Source: Octopus sinensis
Taxonomy: Eukaryota
Assembly: GCF_006345805.1 (NCBI RefSeq)
Contig: NC_043000.1
Coordinates: forward strand, 124,372,001-124,436,000
Direction: 5' to 3'
DNA length: 64,000 nt
Under the pieces are notes generated by a model. The model made no database searches. It was given only the letters and a program-made list of their open reading frames with translations, and had not been told where the DNA came from. A program made the position numbers and the translations under genes. How positions within the stretch are numbered: position 1 is the stretch's first letter; every line of letters begins with the position of its first letter. This document shows, piece after piece, positions 1-13,069 of this stretch.

Positions 1-1318
1 ACACAAAAATAGAATGAACAACAAATATATATATCCAGTTACAGTTAATCATTTATTCTCTAATCTTTATAAAATAAACATCAATAATGATATCATATGG
101 CTAAAATTAAACCATTTCTACAGTTGCAGACTATTAATCAATTAAAGTTTTCAGTCAGTTGTATACTGGACCCAATTACAATAAACACTATAATATCTTA
201 GATAAATTTTATTTCTTCATTATGAAAATTTTATCATTCCAAGCTACTTCTATTTTATCTTCATGTATGTTTGGTTATCTATGACTTGATGAAAGACATT
301 TATTCATAGTTTATTGTTACCCAACATGGCTTATTATCAAAATCATTTCATTCTATAGAAGTGTATGATTTGTGTTCTCACATCATATGAGTTACGGGCA
401 ATTAATTTCACATTTTTAAGTACCTACAAATACCTGCATATTAAATCTCTAATGAGGTTTATGCAAAGTGCTCAACTGATTTTAAGTATCTGTATGAGGC
501 AAGAGAAATCAAAGTGAAATTCGATGACTGGCACCCGTGCTAGTGGGGTGTGAAGAGCACCATACGAGTGTGATCGTTGACAGAGTGGCTAACCGGCTTC
601 CGTGCCAGTGGCACATAAAAGGCACCATTCGAGGGTGATTGTTACCAGTGTCGCCTTACTGGCACTTGTGCCCCATGCTAGTAGAGTGCTAAGAGCACCA
701 TCCGAGCGTGATCATTGCCAGAGCGGCTAACTGGCTTCCATGCCAGTGGCATGTAAAAGGCACCATTCGAGCGTGATCATTACCAGTGCCACCTGACTGT
801 CCCCTGTGCCGGTGGTATGTAAAAGCACCCACTACACTCTCGGAGTGGTTGGCATTAGGAAGGGCATCCAGCTGTAGAAACTCTGCCAGATCAAGATTGG
901 AGCCAGGTGTAGCCATCTGGTTCGCCAGCCCTCAGTCAAACTGTCCAACCCATGCCAGCATGGAAAGCGGACGTTAAATGATGATGATGTAGATTTTCAA
1001 AAAAATTCCCTTAAAACTAGGTTTCTCTTTCCTGTTGCTGAAGATTGATTTTCCTGTGCAGTTTTCAAAGGTGTCATTTTACTAAGCTACCTTCCAAATA
1101 TTTGCTCTATTCTTACAAATTGACATCTAAAATCTCTAGATGCCAAAAAGAAGTTCTTATTTATAATCATATTCGAAAGAATTTCTTTCATGAAGCAATT
1201 ACTTAATTTTGTTAATGAAACATGGTGTACATGTAAATATATTAGGAATACATGTTGAATGTATATATAAAAATTAATCAAAAGAAACTTTTTTCTTAGA
1301 ATTATAGAAAATTCTTAC

Positions 1319-1455
1319 CAGGTTCAAAAGGAAAATTATCCATCATTTGAAGACCACCAAGAATTAACAACGAAGGTTTAAATTTAAGCAATTCTTTTGA
1401 AAAGATTTCCATTGATGTAAGTTGAGGGTTACTTTTATCATTGTGAATGATAAAT
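1319..1455 (-). CDS. ADPGK: ADPGK coding exon 4; gene continues beyond the left edge
   Basis: ttttctag|A acceptor; RFIIHNDKSNPQLTSMEIFSKELLKFKPSLLILGGLQMMDNFPFEPG; donor CCTG|gtaag; 137 nt. No further exon found in 1-1318. Confidence 0.9.
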
Positions 1456-2567
1456 CTAGAAAACAGTAAATAATTTTTAATATTTAACATTATTAAGTCA
1501 CATATCCTGGATACAAAAAGCATTTCATACAAATTAGATATCATATTTGATAGCATATAAGACACTTTTATTTAAAAAAAAAATCACCCTGGGTCTTATA
1601 AATGAAGTTGAATTTCTCATGAGCTTTAATGCATTAAAACCATTTTCCCCTGAATATGCACTGCTGAAATTAGGGTGCATCCAATATACCCATGTGTCTT
1701 TTTGGCTTTAAAATATGGTAAGTTATATATAACAACATTAGTCCAAATTGAAACCTGAGCATCCAAGCCAAAATATAAAACACAATATTTGTAAAGTAAA
1801 ATGAAAAGTATTTCCTTAAATTGGATAATCTTTCTGTTTTTATCCACTATAATTACTAGAAGCTACCAGAACAAACTGAAATGCCATGTTTTTAGTAGTA
1901 CTAAAGAGCTAAAAGAAACTTCTTTCCCTGAATTCTAATTAAAAATTATTCAGGTTGACATGTGTCTGCCCACTGGCATGTATTAGGATTAGAAATAATT
2001 TGAGTATTGTATATATAAAATCCCATATACCATGTGTGTCCCAGTTACAGGATAGGTATACTATGCCTCTGTATGCTGTAAAAGGCAACTGGAATGGTGA
2101 AAGGAAGGGCATCTAGCCATAAAACACTGCCACAAAAGTAATCTATTTTGTATTTTTACTGTTAACTTCCTCAATGTATCTGCTGCTACATATGAAGTCT
2201 TCTTTCCTTGTGGCCTTGCCTGTAATCCCACTACACCTCTTAGGTACATTATATGAAATTTCTATGTACTCGTTGGCTGCATATCAAGCATAGCCACGAG
2301 CCTGCTAGCAGCAGAGCTATCTTCTCTCCCATTCAGTTTAGTTCAAAAACCTGTAGTAAAATACAAGCTAGGAATCTCACAACTTATAAGCCCATAGATT
2401 CCATTCCATCCTGTAAATGAAACATTTATAATCCTGTAAATGAAACAAGTTGTAATTTTGATGAATTTTCAATTACTATTTTACAAACACACTCTGATCA
2501 AGAAATAAAATTTTTAACTGTAATCTAAGACTGAATGTATTTATTTAGTTATGAATGTTAGTCTTAC

Positions 2568-2664
2568 CGATTAGCTCGAGGTGAAACTTTCTTTCCCCAT
2601 TGTTCTCCTTTGTTGTATTCCAAAATTAAGTGAATATCATCATGTGACAGTTTAGGACCAACAA
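2568..2664 (-). CDS. ADPGK: ADPGK coding exon 3 (not in ORF track)
   Basis: Hand translation VVGPKLSHDDIHLILEYNKGEQWGKKVSPRANR matches the conserved DDIHLILEY..GE.WG....PRANR block; cag| acceptor, CG|gtaag donor; 97 nt, phase 1 to 2. Confidence 0.92.
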
Positions 2665-4715
2665 CTGTTGAAAACAATTATTATAGAATACATACAGTTT
2701 ATATATAAAAAGAAATAGATTTCATTAATGTTTAGTAATTTTTGCTTTATTATTAATGAATTATAACATGCATGACTAATTATTAATGTGGAGAAATTTT
2801 GGTAAAAAATGTGACTTGATAAACCAGATTTGGTCTATAGATTGTTTATCAAAAGAACACGAACACATTTACAGCTACCTTATTTGCATAGCAATGTTAA
2901 TATTGCACAATCAGTCTTAAACCTCTTTGAGTATTATGTCTGAGTCTATGAGGTTTCTCCCCAATAGAAAGAGGTTAGTGAATTGAGACAGATTATTGCA
3001 GTTAATATGGAGCTTCAACAGACAGATTCATAGTTGATAAAAAATACATGAACAGGAAAAGTTTCAGAAGTGTGGAATTCTTTCACACCTTTTTAATTAA
3101 GCAAATTAATTGAATAAACGGCTTTTACTGGTTTCAAATTTTGGACAGCTAAGCTGGGGCACGGGCTTCAAAGGTTTCGATGATCATATCGACCTCAGAA
3201 ATAAGTGTAGTAATTTTATTGATCTGGAGTTAGCAAATGGCTGCTGGCTTTAGTGTAAAGGGACGTAACTCGCAAAGAAAATAGCGTCAAGTATTTTTGC
3301 CTGCTGCACTGGTTTATCAGTGCCTGTGCCAATACGTTGCTGATACACACACACACACACACACAGGCATGAGCCCGTGTATATTTACATAGGTGATGGG
3401 CTTCTTCACAGTTTTCGTTTACTAAATTTCACTCACAAGGCATTGGTCAACTTGAAGTTATGGTAGAAAACACTTGCTTAAGGTACTGTGCAGTGGTATT
3501 GACTCCAGAACTATGTGTTTATAAAACAAATATGGTGTGGAGTTTCCTGAAAATAAGTAACGTTTATATTTTGGTTTAGTTGAACATTAAGAGGAGCTAG
3601 TTGCTGTGTGCAAGAAAGAAGACTGTGCTGGTTTCGTCATGTTTAAAGTGTGACAGCCAGAATTTGCTTCATTGTCTCCTGACAAGTCTGTGTCAGAAAG
3701 ACTGAATGGAATGAAGGCAGCGAGCTGGCAGAAACGTTAGCACGCCGGGCGAAATGCTCAGCGCTATTTCGTCTGTCTTTACGTTCTGAGCTCAAATTCC
3801 GCCGAGGTCGACTTTGCCTTTCATCCTTTCAGGGTCGATTAAATAAGTACCAGTTACGCACTGAGGTCGATATAATCCATTTAATCCGTTTGTCCCCTCT
3901 GTGTGTAGCCCCTTGTGGGTAGTAAAGAAATAAGATGGATGCCGACAGCTTCATAAAGAAGTGCTGATCTCTCAAAATAGATGGAAGACGTGGAAGTGGG
4001 AGACCCAGGAAGACATGGAACGAAGTACTAAAGAACAAGCGTGGACGCTGAACCTTTCAGGTGAGATAACAAAAGACGGAGATGCCTGGCACCTTGCTGT
4101 CCTCAAGAAGACCCGTACTCCCCAGCAGAAGTGTTAAGACTTGTCCCTCTGGTGGTGAAAAGCACTCATGGCAGTACATGTAAAAGTGCTTGTGCAGTGC
4201 CACGTAAAAGCACCCAGTACACTCTGTAAAGTGGTTGGCATATGGAAGGGCATCCAACTGTAGAAACCATGCCAAATCAGACTGGAGTCTGGTGCAGCTC
4301 ACCAGCTCTGGTCAAACCGTTCAATCCATGCCAGCATGGAAAATGGATATCAAATGATGATGATGATGATTAGTAGCTTCTTGCAGTTATATTTACTAAT
4401 AGTGTGGTGGTCCAGACAAATGACAAGTGCTTGAAAAGTGTTTCGGTTAGTACTCAAAGAATTGAGAATACATCATCATGTAAATCCCACCTCAAGGCTT
4501 AAGTCAGTATTCAACGAATAAAATATTAATAATTTGGAGTGTCTAACATTAAGCATGAGTGAGAATGAAGCATTGGTAACACTGATTACTCATTGACACA
4601 GCAAGATATAAAGTACTAAGTTAAAGAAAAGCTTCAAAATACGAAAACTTAAATTATTGATTTCAAATCTGTGACAACATCTGACAAATGGATGTGACAG
4701 AATGACTCAGAAGGA

Positions 4716-4926
4716 AGGCGGCAAGCTGGCAGAAACGTTAGCATGCCAGGCGAAATGCTTAGCGGTATTTGTCTGTCTTTATGTTCTGAGTTCAAATTCT
4801 GCTGAGTTCGACTTTGTCTTTCATCCTTTCGGAGTCGATAAATTAAGTACCAGTTGCATACTGGGGTCGATCTAATCAACTGGCCCCTTCCCGCAAAATT
4901 CTGGGCCTTATGCCTAGAGTAGAAAA
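4716..4926 (+). mobile_element. tRNA-derived SINE, family A (Nin-domain-like core), with 16-bp TSD
   Basis: ggcagaaacgttagca...gagttcaaattc...ctttcatcctttcggagtcgataaattaagtacc; TSD GAATGACTCAGAAGGA at 4700-4715 and 4927-4942. Other copies at about 3715-3934, 5783-6010, 36135-36350, 36368-36572 (+) and 10955-11160, 37256-37470 (-). Confidence 0.8.
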
Positions 4927-6215
4927 GAATGACTCAGAAGGAATCAAATATATGATGCAGTATTGTTTTATAGGTAGATCTAATTGCTTTTCTAATCAAG
5001 AAAGAAATACCTTCACAAGAATTCCAAATTGATGTTCTTTGCAATTCCTACTAACTATTATGAAAGCTGAATTGGCACTCAGTCTTAAAAAGCTAATTTC
5101 ATTATATCAAATTTGTCCTAAACTTTCAACTCTTTCAATGGTCCATATAGTTGAAAATCAAAGTTAAATCATCACCATCAACAGCAGCAGCATCATTTCA
5201 CATCCATTTTCTATTGTAGGCATGTGTTGGATATATTGACAGGAGTTAGCAAGCCAGAAGAATGAGCTAAACTGAAATGTTTGCATTGGCAAGTTTTCTA
5301 CAGTTGGATGCCCTTCTTAACATCAACCATATTATAGAGTGTACTGTATGCTTTTTATGTGGTGCCGGCATTAATGAGATCACTAAATAACTTGCAAGAC
5401 AAAATCACCTCAACTGAGGGTGTGTAGTAGTGAAGGAGGTGACTTTGTGCCTGTGATAAGAGGTTAAAGCATGATAGAAGGACAGAAACAAGTGTCTTGC
5501 TGTAGAGGAGATACATGGCTATCCCATGAAAATTAACTATACTAATTACATTCCAATATAATTTTCTATGTTCTTCAGTATATGTCAGTTTAGTATTCCT
5601 TTTATTGTGTCCTAAAAGTATGGAACATCATCATCATCATCATTTAGCATTCGTTGTCCATGCTGGCATGGGTTGGAGGGTTTGACTGGGCTGGTATGCT
5701 GGAAGGCTGTGCCACAATGCAGTCTGATTTGGCATGGTTTTCTATGGCTGGATGCCCTTCCTAATGCCAACCACCCTGAGAAGGCAAGCTAGCAGATATG
5801 TTAGCACACCGGACGAAGTGCATAGCAGTATTTCGTCTGCTGTTATGTTCTGAGTTCAAATTCCACCGAGGTCGACTTTGCTTTTCATCCTTTCGGGGTC
5901 GATTAAATAAGTACCAGTTACACACTGGGGTCAATGTAATCGCCTTAATCCATTTCTTTGTCCTTGTTTGTCCCCTCTGTGTGTAGCCCCTTGTGGGCAG
6001 TAAAGAAATGAGAGTGTAACGGATGCATTGATGTGCCACCGGCATGGGTGCCATTTGTGTGACACCGGTATCTGCCACAACTGTGATTTTGCTCAGCTTG
6101 ATGAGTCTTCTTCTCAAGCATGACATAATGCCAAAGGTTTTGGTCATTGCCTCCATGAGGTCCACCTGATAAAATATTAGGAAAAGGAGCCAAATCATTT
6201 GTATAAGCAACTTAC

Positions 6216-6406
6216 CTTTGATTCCTTCTGGAATCAAATTAAGCAGTTTTTCACTCCACGATGTACCCAAAAGCACATCTGCTCCTTCATGGTATAATCG
6301 ATTGGCCATCACTGGTGCATTGCCACCGAGAGTCCATTGTTTGTCCTTTAAATTGTCTGCATTTGACGATAATACATCAAACAATGAAGAGTTATGGACA
6401 TAGCGC
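6216..6406 (-). CDS. ADPGK: ADPGK coding exon 2
   Basis: ccag|G acceptor completes the E codon; RYVHNSSLFDVL...WTLGGNAPVMANRLYHEGADVLLG contains the GGNA motif; donor AAAG|gtaag; 191 nt; phases match neighbours. Confidence 0.93.
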
Positions 6407-7383
6407 CTGGACAACAGAATAAAGCATCGTATTAAATTAGGTAAGGAAGTCAAAGAAAAATAAATTATATAAAAGCCAATGCGCTAAGAAAAGAGAAAAT
6501 GTCTTAAAAAAAGAATGTATGTGAAGTAAGTTAATAGAGTAGAGATGTTTAGTTTGCTCAAACAGGACTGACAATATTCTATTAAATGTATTCAGAAGAG
6601 CATCAAAAGGAAAAAAAAATATTTATTTCAAACTTAAGGCTTAACTTCTAGTCTCGCGGTGATGGTCATGGGGGTTCATTTGTGCAGATTTGGTGTGATT
6701 TCTTTTTTAAAAACAATAATGAATAATGCAAGAATATATTTATTTATAAAGTTTAAACAGAATAAGTATCACATTTATTTTAAAAATTAACTTCAAGCTT
6801 TTATAAACCTAGCGTGGTGGTACGTAAATAAACGGCGTAAATTAAAGCGTGGTGGTACGTAAATAAACGAAAGTTTAAACATGACGACGTAAATACACGA
6901 AGTTGACGTCTGACGTCAGATTTTTCTACTTTCACTTCTGACATCCAAAGGCATGACTGTGCCTGAAGTCTTTTAGTCAGATTTAAAACAGCAAGTTGTT
7001 AGTTAGTTGATACATTGAAGTTCATTTCATTTATGTCTTTCAAATCAGGTCTCCATGTATAAGTTGTTCAATTTTCTATGATTGTATGAAGTAGAAATCA
7101 TCTAAAAATTAATATATTTTATAAAAATACATTGAAGTAATTAATTACCTTTAGCTTTGTATTCAATTTTAGAATGCAATAATATTCCTCATCTTTATTT
7201 AACGTCCATTTTCCATGCTGGCATGGGCTGGATAGTTTGACAGGAGCTGGCAAAGCCAGGAACTGCACCAGGTTCCATAGTTTGTTTTCACTTGGATTCT
7301 ACAGTTGGATGCCCTTCCTAATGCCAACCACTTTTTAGTGTGTATTGGGTGCTTTTTACATGACACCAGCACCTATGCTTTTT

Positions 7384-7714
7384 ACTGTTTTTGGTGGTCG
7401 AAAAGACACATAAGTGCATAGGACACACCCTAGCCTCGGCTATACTTTTGTAAAATAAATTACCACTCAAATAATGTTTTAATTCCTCCACTTACCTGTA
7501 TAACTTTATGTTATTACTAGTAATTATAAGCAATTTATTGCATCCACATTCGATATAAACATACCATAGGTGATTATTCACCAACAGATGGCAGCACACG
7601 TTTTGTAAACATACATATTGTTTTGAGCCTACATTGAGTGCATTGGATACAGGGGGATTTTTAAAGCCATTTTTGGGTAAAAAAGGTGCGTCTTATAGGC
7701 CATCAAATACAGTA
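7384..7714. mobile_element. pogo/Tigger-type MITE
   Basis: Imperfect TIRs tactgtttttggtggtcgaaaagacac and gcgtcttataggccatcaaatacagta. Confidence 0.5.
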
Positions 7715-7863
7715 CATGGTGTCAGTACCAGTGCCTTTTAGATGGTATTACAAAATAGAGTTAAGCGGGGATTAGTATAAGAGGTTTATTGCCTCAAGTA
7801 TGTGTTAAATTTGTAATGGACTTTTTAGTCCAAATAAATTGTAAGAGGTTTAATACCCCCAAT

Positions 7864-9700
7864 ATCATCATCATCATCATCATCATCGTTTAGCGTCCGC
7901 TTTCCATGCTAGCATGGGTTGGACGGGTCAACTGGGGTCTGTGAAGCTGGAAGGCTTCGTAAGGCCCAGTCAGATCTGGCAGTGTTTCTACGGCTGGATG
8001 CCCTTCCTAACGCCAACCACTCTGCGAGTGTAGTGGGTGTTTTTTACGTGCCACCTGCACAGGTGCCAGACAGAGCCACGAACGGATGGTGCTTTTACGT
8101 GTCCCCGGCACGGGGCCAGGCGATGCTGGCAACGGACACGAACGGATGGTGCTTTTACGTGCCACCGACACGGGGCCAGACAGAGCTGGCAACCGGCCAC
8201 GAACGGACGGTGCTTTTACATGGCAACGGACGCGAACGGATGGTGCTTTTACGTGCCACCGACATGGTTGCCAGACAGAACTGGCAAACGGCCACGAGCG
8301 GACGGTGCTTTTACGTGTCACCGGCACGGGGGCCAGCCGAGGCTGGCAACGGACACGAACGGATGGTGCTTTTACGTGCCACCGACACGGGGCCAGACAG
8401 AGCTGGCAAACGGCCACGAACGGATGGTGCTTTTACATGCCACCGACACGGGGCCAGACAGAGCTTGCAAACGGCCACGAACGGACGGTGCTTTTACGTG
8501 TCACCGGCACGGGGCCAGGCGAGGCTGGCAACGAACACGAACGGATGGTGCTTTTACGTGCCACCGACACGGGGCCAGACAGAGCTGGCAAACGGCCATG
8601 AGCGAATGGTGCTTTTATGTATCACCGGCACGGGTGCCAGACGAGGCTGACAGCGGACACGAACGGATGGGTCACTTAACCCCTGCTTTCTGATATATGA
8701 TTTGATTTTGATTGTTCTCACTGGTCTTGCCGGGTCTTCTCACGCACAGCATACTTCCATAGGTCTCGGTCTCTGGTCATTTCCTTGGTGAGACCTAGAG
8801 TTCGAAGGTCATGCTTCACCACCTCGACCCAGGTTTTCCTGGGTCTACCTCTTCCACAGGTCCCCTCAACTGCCAGGGTGTGGCACTTTTTCACACACCT
8901 ATCTTCATCCATTCTCACCACATGACCATACCAGCGCAATCATCTCTCTTGCTCACAACATCTGATTCCTCTTAGGTCCAACTTTTCTCTCAAGGTACTT
9001 ACACTCTGTCGACTATGAACACTGACATTACACATCCAACGGAGCATACTAGCTTCATTTCTCGCGAGCTTACGCATGTCCTCAGCAGTCACGGCCCATG
9101 TTTCACTGCCATGTAGCATGGTTGTTCGTACACATGCATCATACAGTCTGCCTTTTACTCTGAGCGAGAGGCCTTTAGTCACCAACAGAGGTAAGAGCTC
9201 CCTAAACTTTGCCCAGGCTATTCTTACTCTAGCTGTTACACTTTCAGCACACCCACCCCCACTACTGACTTGGTCACCAAGATAACGGAAGCTATCTAGT
9301 TTTTCCCCCTGGAAAGTGACGGAAGTTGTTTTCTGCAGATTTTCAGAGGTTAATGCTCCTGAGCATCTGCCACATACAAAAACCATCTTCCTAGTTAGCC
9401 TTCCTATGACATTGCTGCACCTCTTATGTGTCCATAGCTTACACTTGGTGCATCTTATAGAGTTTCTACCTACACCTTTTCTACAGATTGAGCAGGGCCA
9501 TCTACCTGAAGGCGTTTGTGATTTGTCTACCTTCCTACTTATTAGGACTTTGGTTTTAGCTAGGTTGACTCTAAGGCCCTTCGATTCTAAACCATGCTTC
9601 CACACCTGAAACTTCTTCTCCAGTTCTGATAATGACTCAGCAATTAGAGCAAGAAAATCATTGTTCTCACTGATTTTAACACAACTCTTGCCTCTTACAT
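7864..9700 (-). mobile_element. RTE-clade LINE, 5'-truncated, with 3' UTR and (GAT)n tail
   Basis: ORF2 C-terminal remnants (GLRVNLAKTKVL, FRYLG, RWYGHVVRMDEDRCVKK...GRGRPRKTW) at 8718-9605, then a tandem-repeat 3' UTR ending in GATGATGAT. Confidence 0.9.
8050..8670. repeat. GC-rich tandem array of about 60-nt units in the LINE 3' UTR
   Basis: About 10 copies of gccagacagagctggcaaacggccacgaacggatggtgcttttacgtgccaccgacacggg and a variant. Confidence 0.85.
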
Positions 9701-10371
9701 ACTAAATGTAGAAAACTTCTACACCAACCAACCAACACACAGACTCAAACTCCCTCTGAAAATATTGAAAAATGTAAGAGGTTTAATACCTCAATGTATG
9801 TTTGTGAAAGAACAATGTTATAAAGAAGCAGAGGGTCGGCGGGTGCTTTCTGTCTTCTCTCATCCTTATCATTCTTGTATCATTATCATTCATTTCATTA
9901 ATGTCTTGTCCAGCCCACAAAACTACCTAACCTTTGTACTGTCTTTATGACAATTTAATAAAATAAAGTAGTTTTGCAGACAATGGCCAGTGATGGTATT
10001 AAGTGAATGTGTAATAATGGTGAACTACATGTTCCAGCTGCAATTATAAACTGCCTTCCAATTTACAGAAATGATGTAGAAAAATATGGTTAGCATGGAT
10101 TAGTCCATTAAGGCAAAAGAGGTCCTTAAATATTTAAGTCTGCATCCCCTGCCTTTATTTCCATGAAATAATCTTGAATTCAGTTTGAATATCACATCTG
10201 TACCTGTTCCTATATATTGCACATTAGGAATTATACTAATTAATTGAACAAACCTTCAAGAGGAATTCCTTTCTATCAAGAAGTTTGCTATAACATCTTA
10301 TGTCCTCAAAAATGTAGCAGAAACATCAATGTGTTTGCTGAAAATCTTTACTTACATTATTTTTATTGAGA

Positions 10372-10886
10372 ACTAGCAGTATCGTCCGGCGTTGCTTGGG
10401 TTTGTAAGGGAAATAACTATATAAGCATTTTTAGAGAGTTACTTCCCTTATAGATGCCAATTCGGGCTTTCTTAGCCATTTATGTTTTGGTGTCTTCAAG
10501 CCATGAAGTCGTTGTTCTAAAAGAACGCTGGTCTCCTTGACAACGCTTTACGACGTTGATTTCCTTACACTCCCTTCCCCACAGCTTCACGAGGGAGGGA
10601 AGAAGGGGGAGAAGCAAATAGGTGCAGGTGTGACCATGGACGCCAACTCCGCCGCCATCGACACACGAAAAATTATGCATTAAAATGGAATAAAAAATGA
10701 TGTTAAATTATTTTTAAAATTGTAGACTCATCGTAGACGCGTGCTAATACTCAGACGGGCTTGATATGAATCACGACTATAAGATAACCGAATTTGGTTA
10801 AACTGCACCGCAAAATGTGGGAGTAGTTAGGAATCTAAATCGAAGGGGACAGACACTCACACAACTACAGTTTTATATATATAGAT
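10372..10886 (+). mobile_element. Helitron/Helentron-like non-autonomous element, copy 1
   Basis: Starts ACTAGCAGTATCG(T/C)CCGGCGTTGCT..GGG (5' hairpin), ends gacagac...TTTTATATATATAGAT; near-identical copies at 11713 and 42255. Confidence 0.6.
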
Positions 10887-11398
10887 TATCCTATTATTTT
10901 TGTTTTAAATATTAATGAACTAATCATTCTGTTATTTTTATATATATTACTGCAACAAGTTAACACACCAAATAAAATGTTAAACAGCATTTCACCGGTC
11001 TTTACATTCTGAGTTTGAATTCCACCAAAACTTAGGTCAACTTTGTCCTTCATCCTTTTGGAGTTGATAAAATAAACACCAGTTGAACACTGGGGTTGAT
11101 GTGATTGACTAGCCACACCCACCCAACATTTCACAACTTGTGTTTATAGCAGAAGGAATTATTTTTATATATATGTTCCTTATAATTTCTTTTTTGACTT
11201 TATACATCCAAATCCCATTCGTGTTACTCAAAGCTAAAATATGGGAAATATTGTAGGATGCAACTGTAACATTCTACATATATTTTCACTTGTATTTTTA
11301 TTCTCTTATTTCTCTTTATACTTCCTATATCCATCCTTTTCCAAAATAACTCCTTACATTGAACTCTACTATTTCCCTCTATTTAACCATCTCACATC

Positions 11399-11446
11399 GT
11401 CTCTGATGAAGTGATATCCCTAACATCCCAGAAACAGCTGTAAGAC
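11399..11446 (+). ncRNA. Minimal hammerhead candidate, degenerate stem II
   Basis: gtct-CTGATGA-agtgat...atccca-GAAA-cagctg-TA-agac; stem I GTCT/AGAC, palindrome ACAGCTGT. Confidence 0.52.
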
Positions 11447-11712
11447 TAACTTTCTTTTCATAAATGTCCTGAAAATTCCACACAGTATTGGTTTTGTTGT
11501 TTCATTTAATTTAACACACACACATATTTATATATGTATAATATCACCTTATAACATACATTTCAAAGCTCCTCTACAGATATCAGTTACCATATGCTAT
11601 CATAGAGCAGGAATACACAGCAACTAACAGCTGTCTGTTACTAATGCACAGAAACAATTGTTGTGATTTGAATTAAAGCCTGTTCAGTCCATCTTCCTGT
11701 ATTATATATTTT

Positions 11713-12140
11713 ACTAGCAGTATCGCCCGGCGTTGCTCGGGTTTGTAAGGGAAATAACTATATAAGCATTTTTAGAGTTATAGCCAAAAAATAGCAAAAA
11801 AATGATGGTAAATTTTTTTTTTTAAATCGTTGACTCATCGTAGACATTTTTAGAGTTATAGCCAAAAAATAGCAAAAAAATGATGGTAAATTTTTTTTTA
11901 AATCGTTGACTCATCGTAGACATTTTTAGAGAGTTACTTTCCTTATATAATAGCGAAAAAATACATTAAAATGGAAAAAAATATGGTAAATTTTTTTTTA
12001 AATCGTAGACGCGCACTAATACCTAGAAGGTCTCGATATGAATCACGACTATAAGTTTTGGTTAAACTGCACCGCAAAATGTTGGAGTAGTTAGGAATCT
12101 AAATCATAGGAGACAGACACACAACTTGACTTTTATATAT
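11713..12140 (+). mobile_element. Helitron-like element, copy 2, with an internal tandem duplication of about 80 nt
   Basis: Same termini; block agagttatagccaaaaaatagc...gtagacattttt repeated. Confidence 0.58.
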
Positions 12141-12214
12141 ATTTTATATGCATATTATGCTACATGGCAGTGAGACGGGCTATGACTACTGGGGATATGT
12201 GAAGGCTTGAAAGA

Positions 12215-12740
12215 AATGAAGCCAGTATGCTCTGCTGGATGGGTAATGTCAGTGTATATATGTGACTGAGTTTAAGTGATTTGAAAGAAAAACTGGGTAT
12301 AAGAGGCATCAGATGTTGTGTGCACTGGTATGGCCATGTAATGCATATGAATGAAGACAGTTGCATCAAGAAGTGCCAATCTCTAATTGTAGAGGGAATA
12401 CGTGGAAGGGGTAGATCCAGGAAGACATGGGATGATATGACGAGAAAGGATCTACAAACATTGAGACCCACAGAGGGGACAACAGGAGACCACGACTCCT
12501 GGTAGTTTATTATTATTATTCAGGTCGCTTTCTGGAATTGAACTCGGAATCTTGGGATTAATAGCCCGTGCTCTTAACCACTATGCCAGAGTGGTTAAGA
12601 ATGAGGTTCTCATATGCCCGTGGGTATAGTGGTTAAGAACGCTGGCTACTAACCCCAAGATTCCAAGTTCAATTCCAGGTAGTGACCTGAATAGTAATAA
12701 TAATCCTGGTAGTTTGTTGTGCTTCAAAAGATACGTCAAG
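12215..12740 (+). mobile_element. RTE ORF2 3' fragment interrupted by a SINE pair
   Basis: LKEKLGIRGIRCCVHWYGHVMHMNEDSCIKK...GRGRSRKTW; similar minus fragment at about 22575-22960. Confidence 0.75.
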
Positions 12741-13069
12741 CTAAGTAAAAGCATGATTGTCTTTGCATACAGACTGTCCCCTGCATTCCTCTCCAGCTGG
12801 GCATTCCCAACCTTGTGGGCACATGGGTCCTGGTGTCATTATAAAAAGCATCCATACTGATGTCATGTAAATGCACCAGTGTCAGTGCTGTGTAAAAGCA
12901 CCCAGTACACTCTGTAAAGTGGTTGGCATTAGGAAGGGTATCCAGCCAGAGAAACCATGTAAAAACGGACATGGAACCTGAACAGCTCCAATCAAACTGT
13001 CCAACTCATGCCAACAAGGAAAACAGATGTATGATGAAGATGATATATAAATATATATATAGGGGTGAC

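Noticed and set aside
8050-8670. CRISPR-like array
   Set aside because: Units are contiguous near-identical repeats with no unique spacers, lie in a LINE 3' UTR, and no cas genes are present.
7919-8693. ORFs of 170-243 aa in three frames
   Set aside because: Stop-poor GC-rich tandem repeat; no protein family motif.
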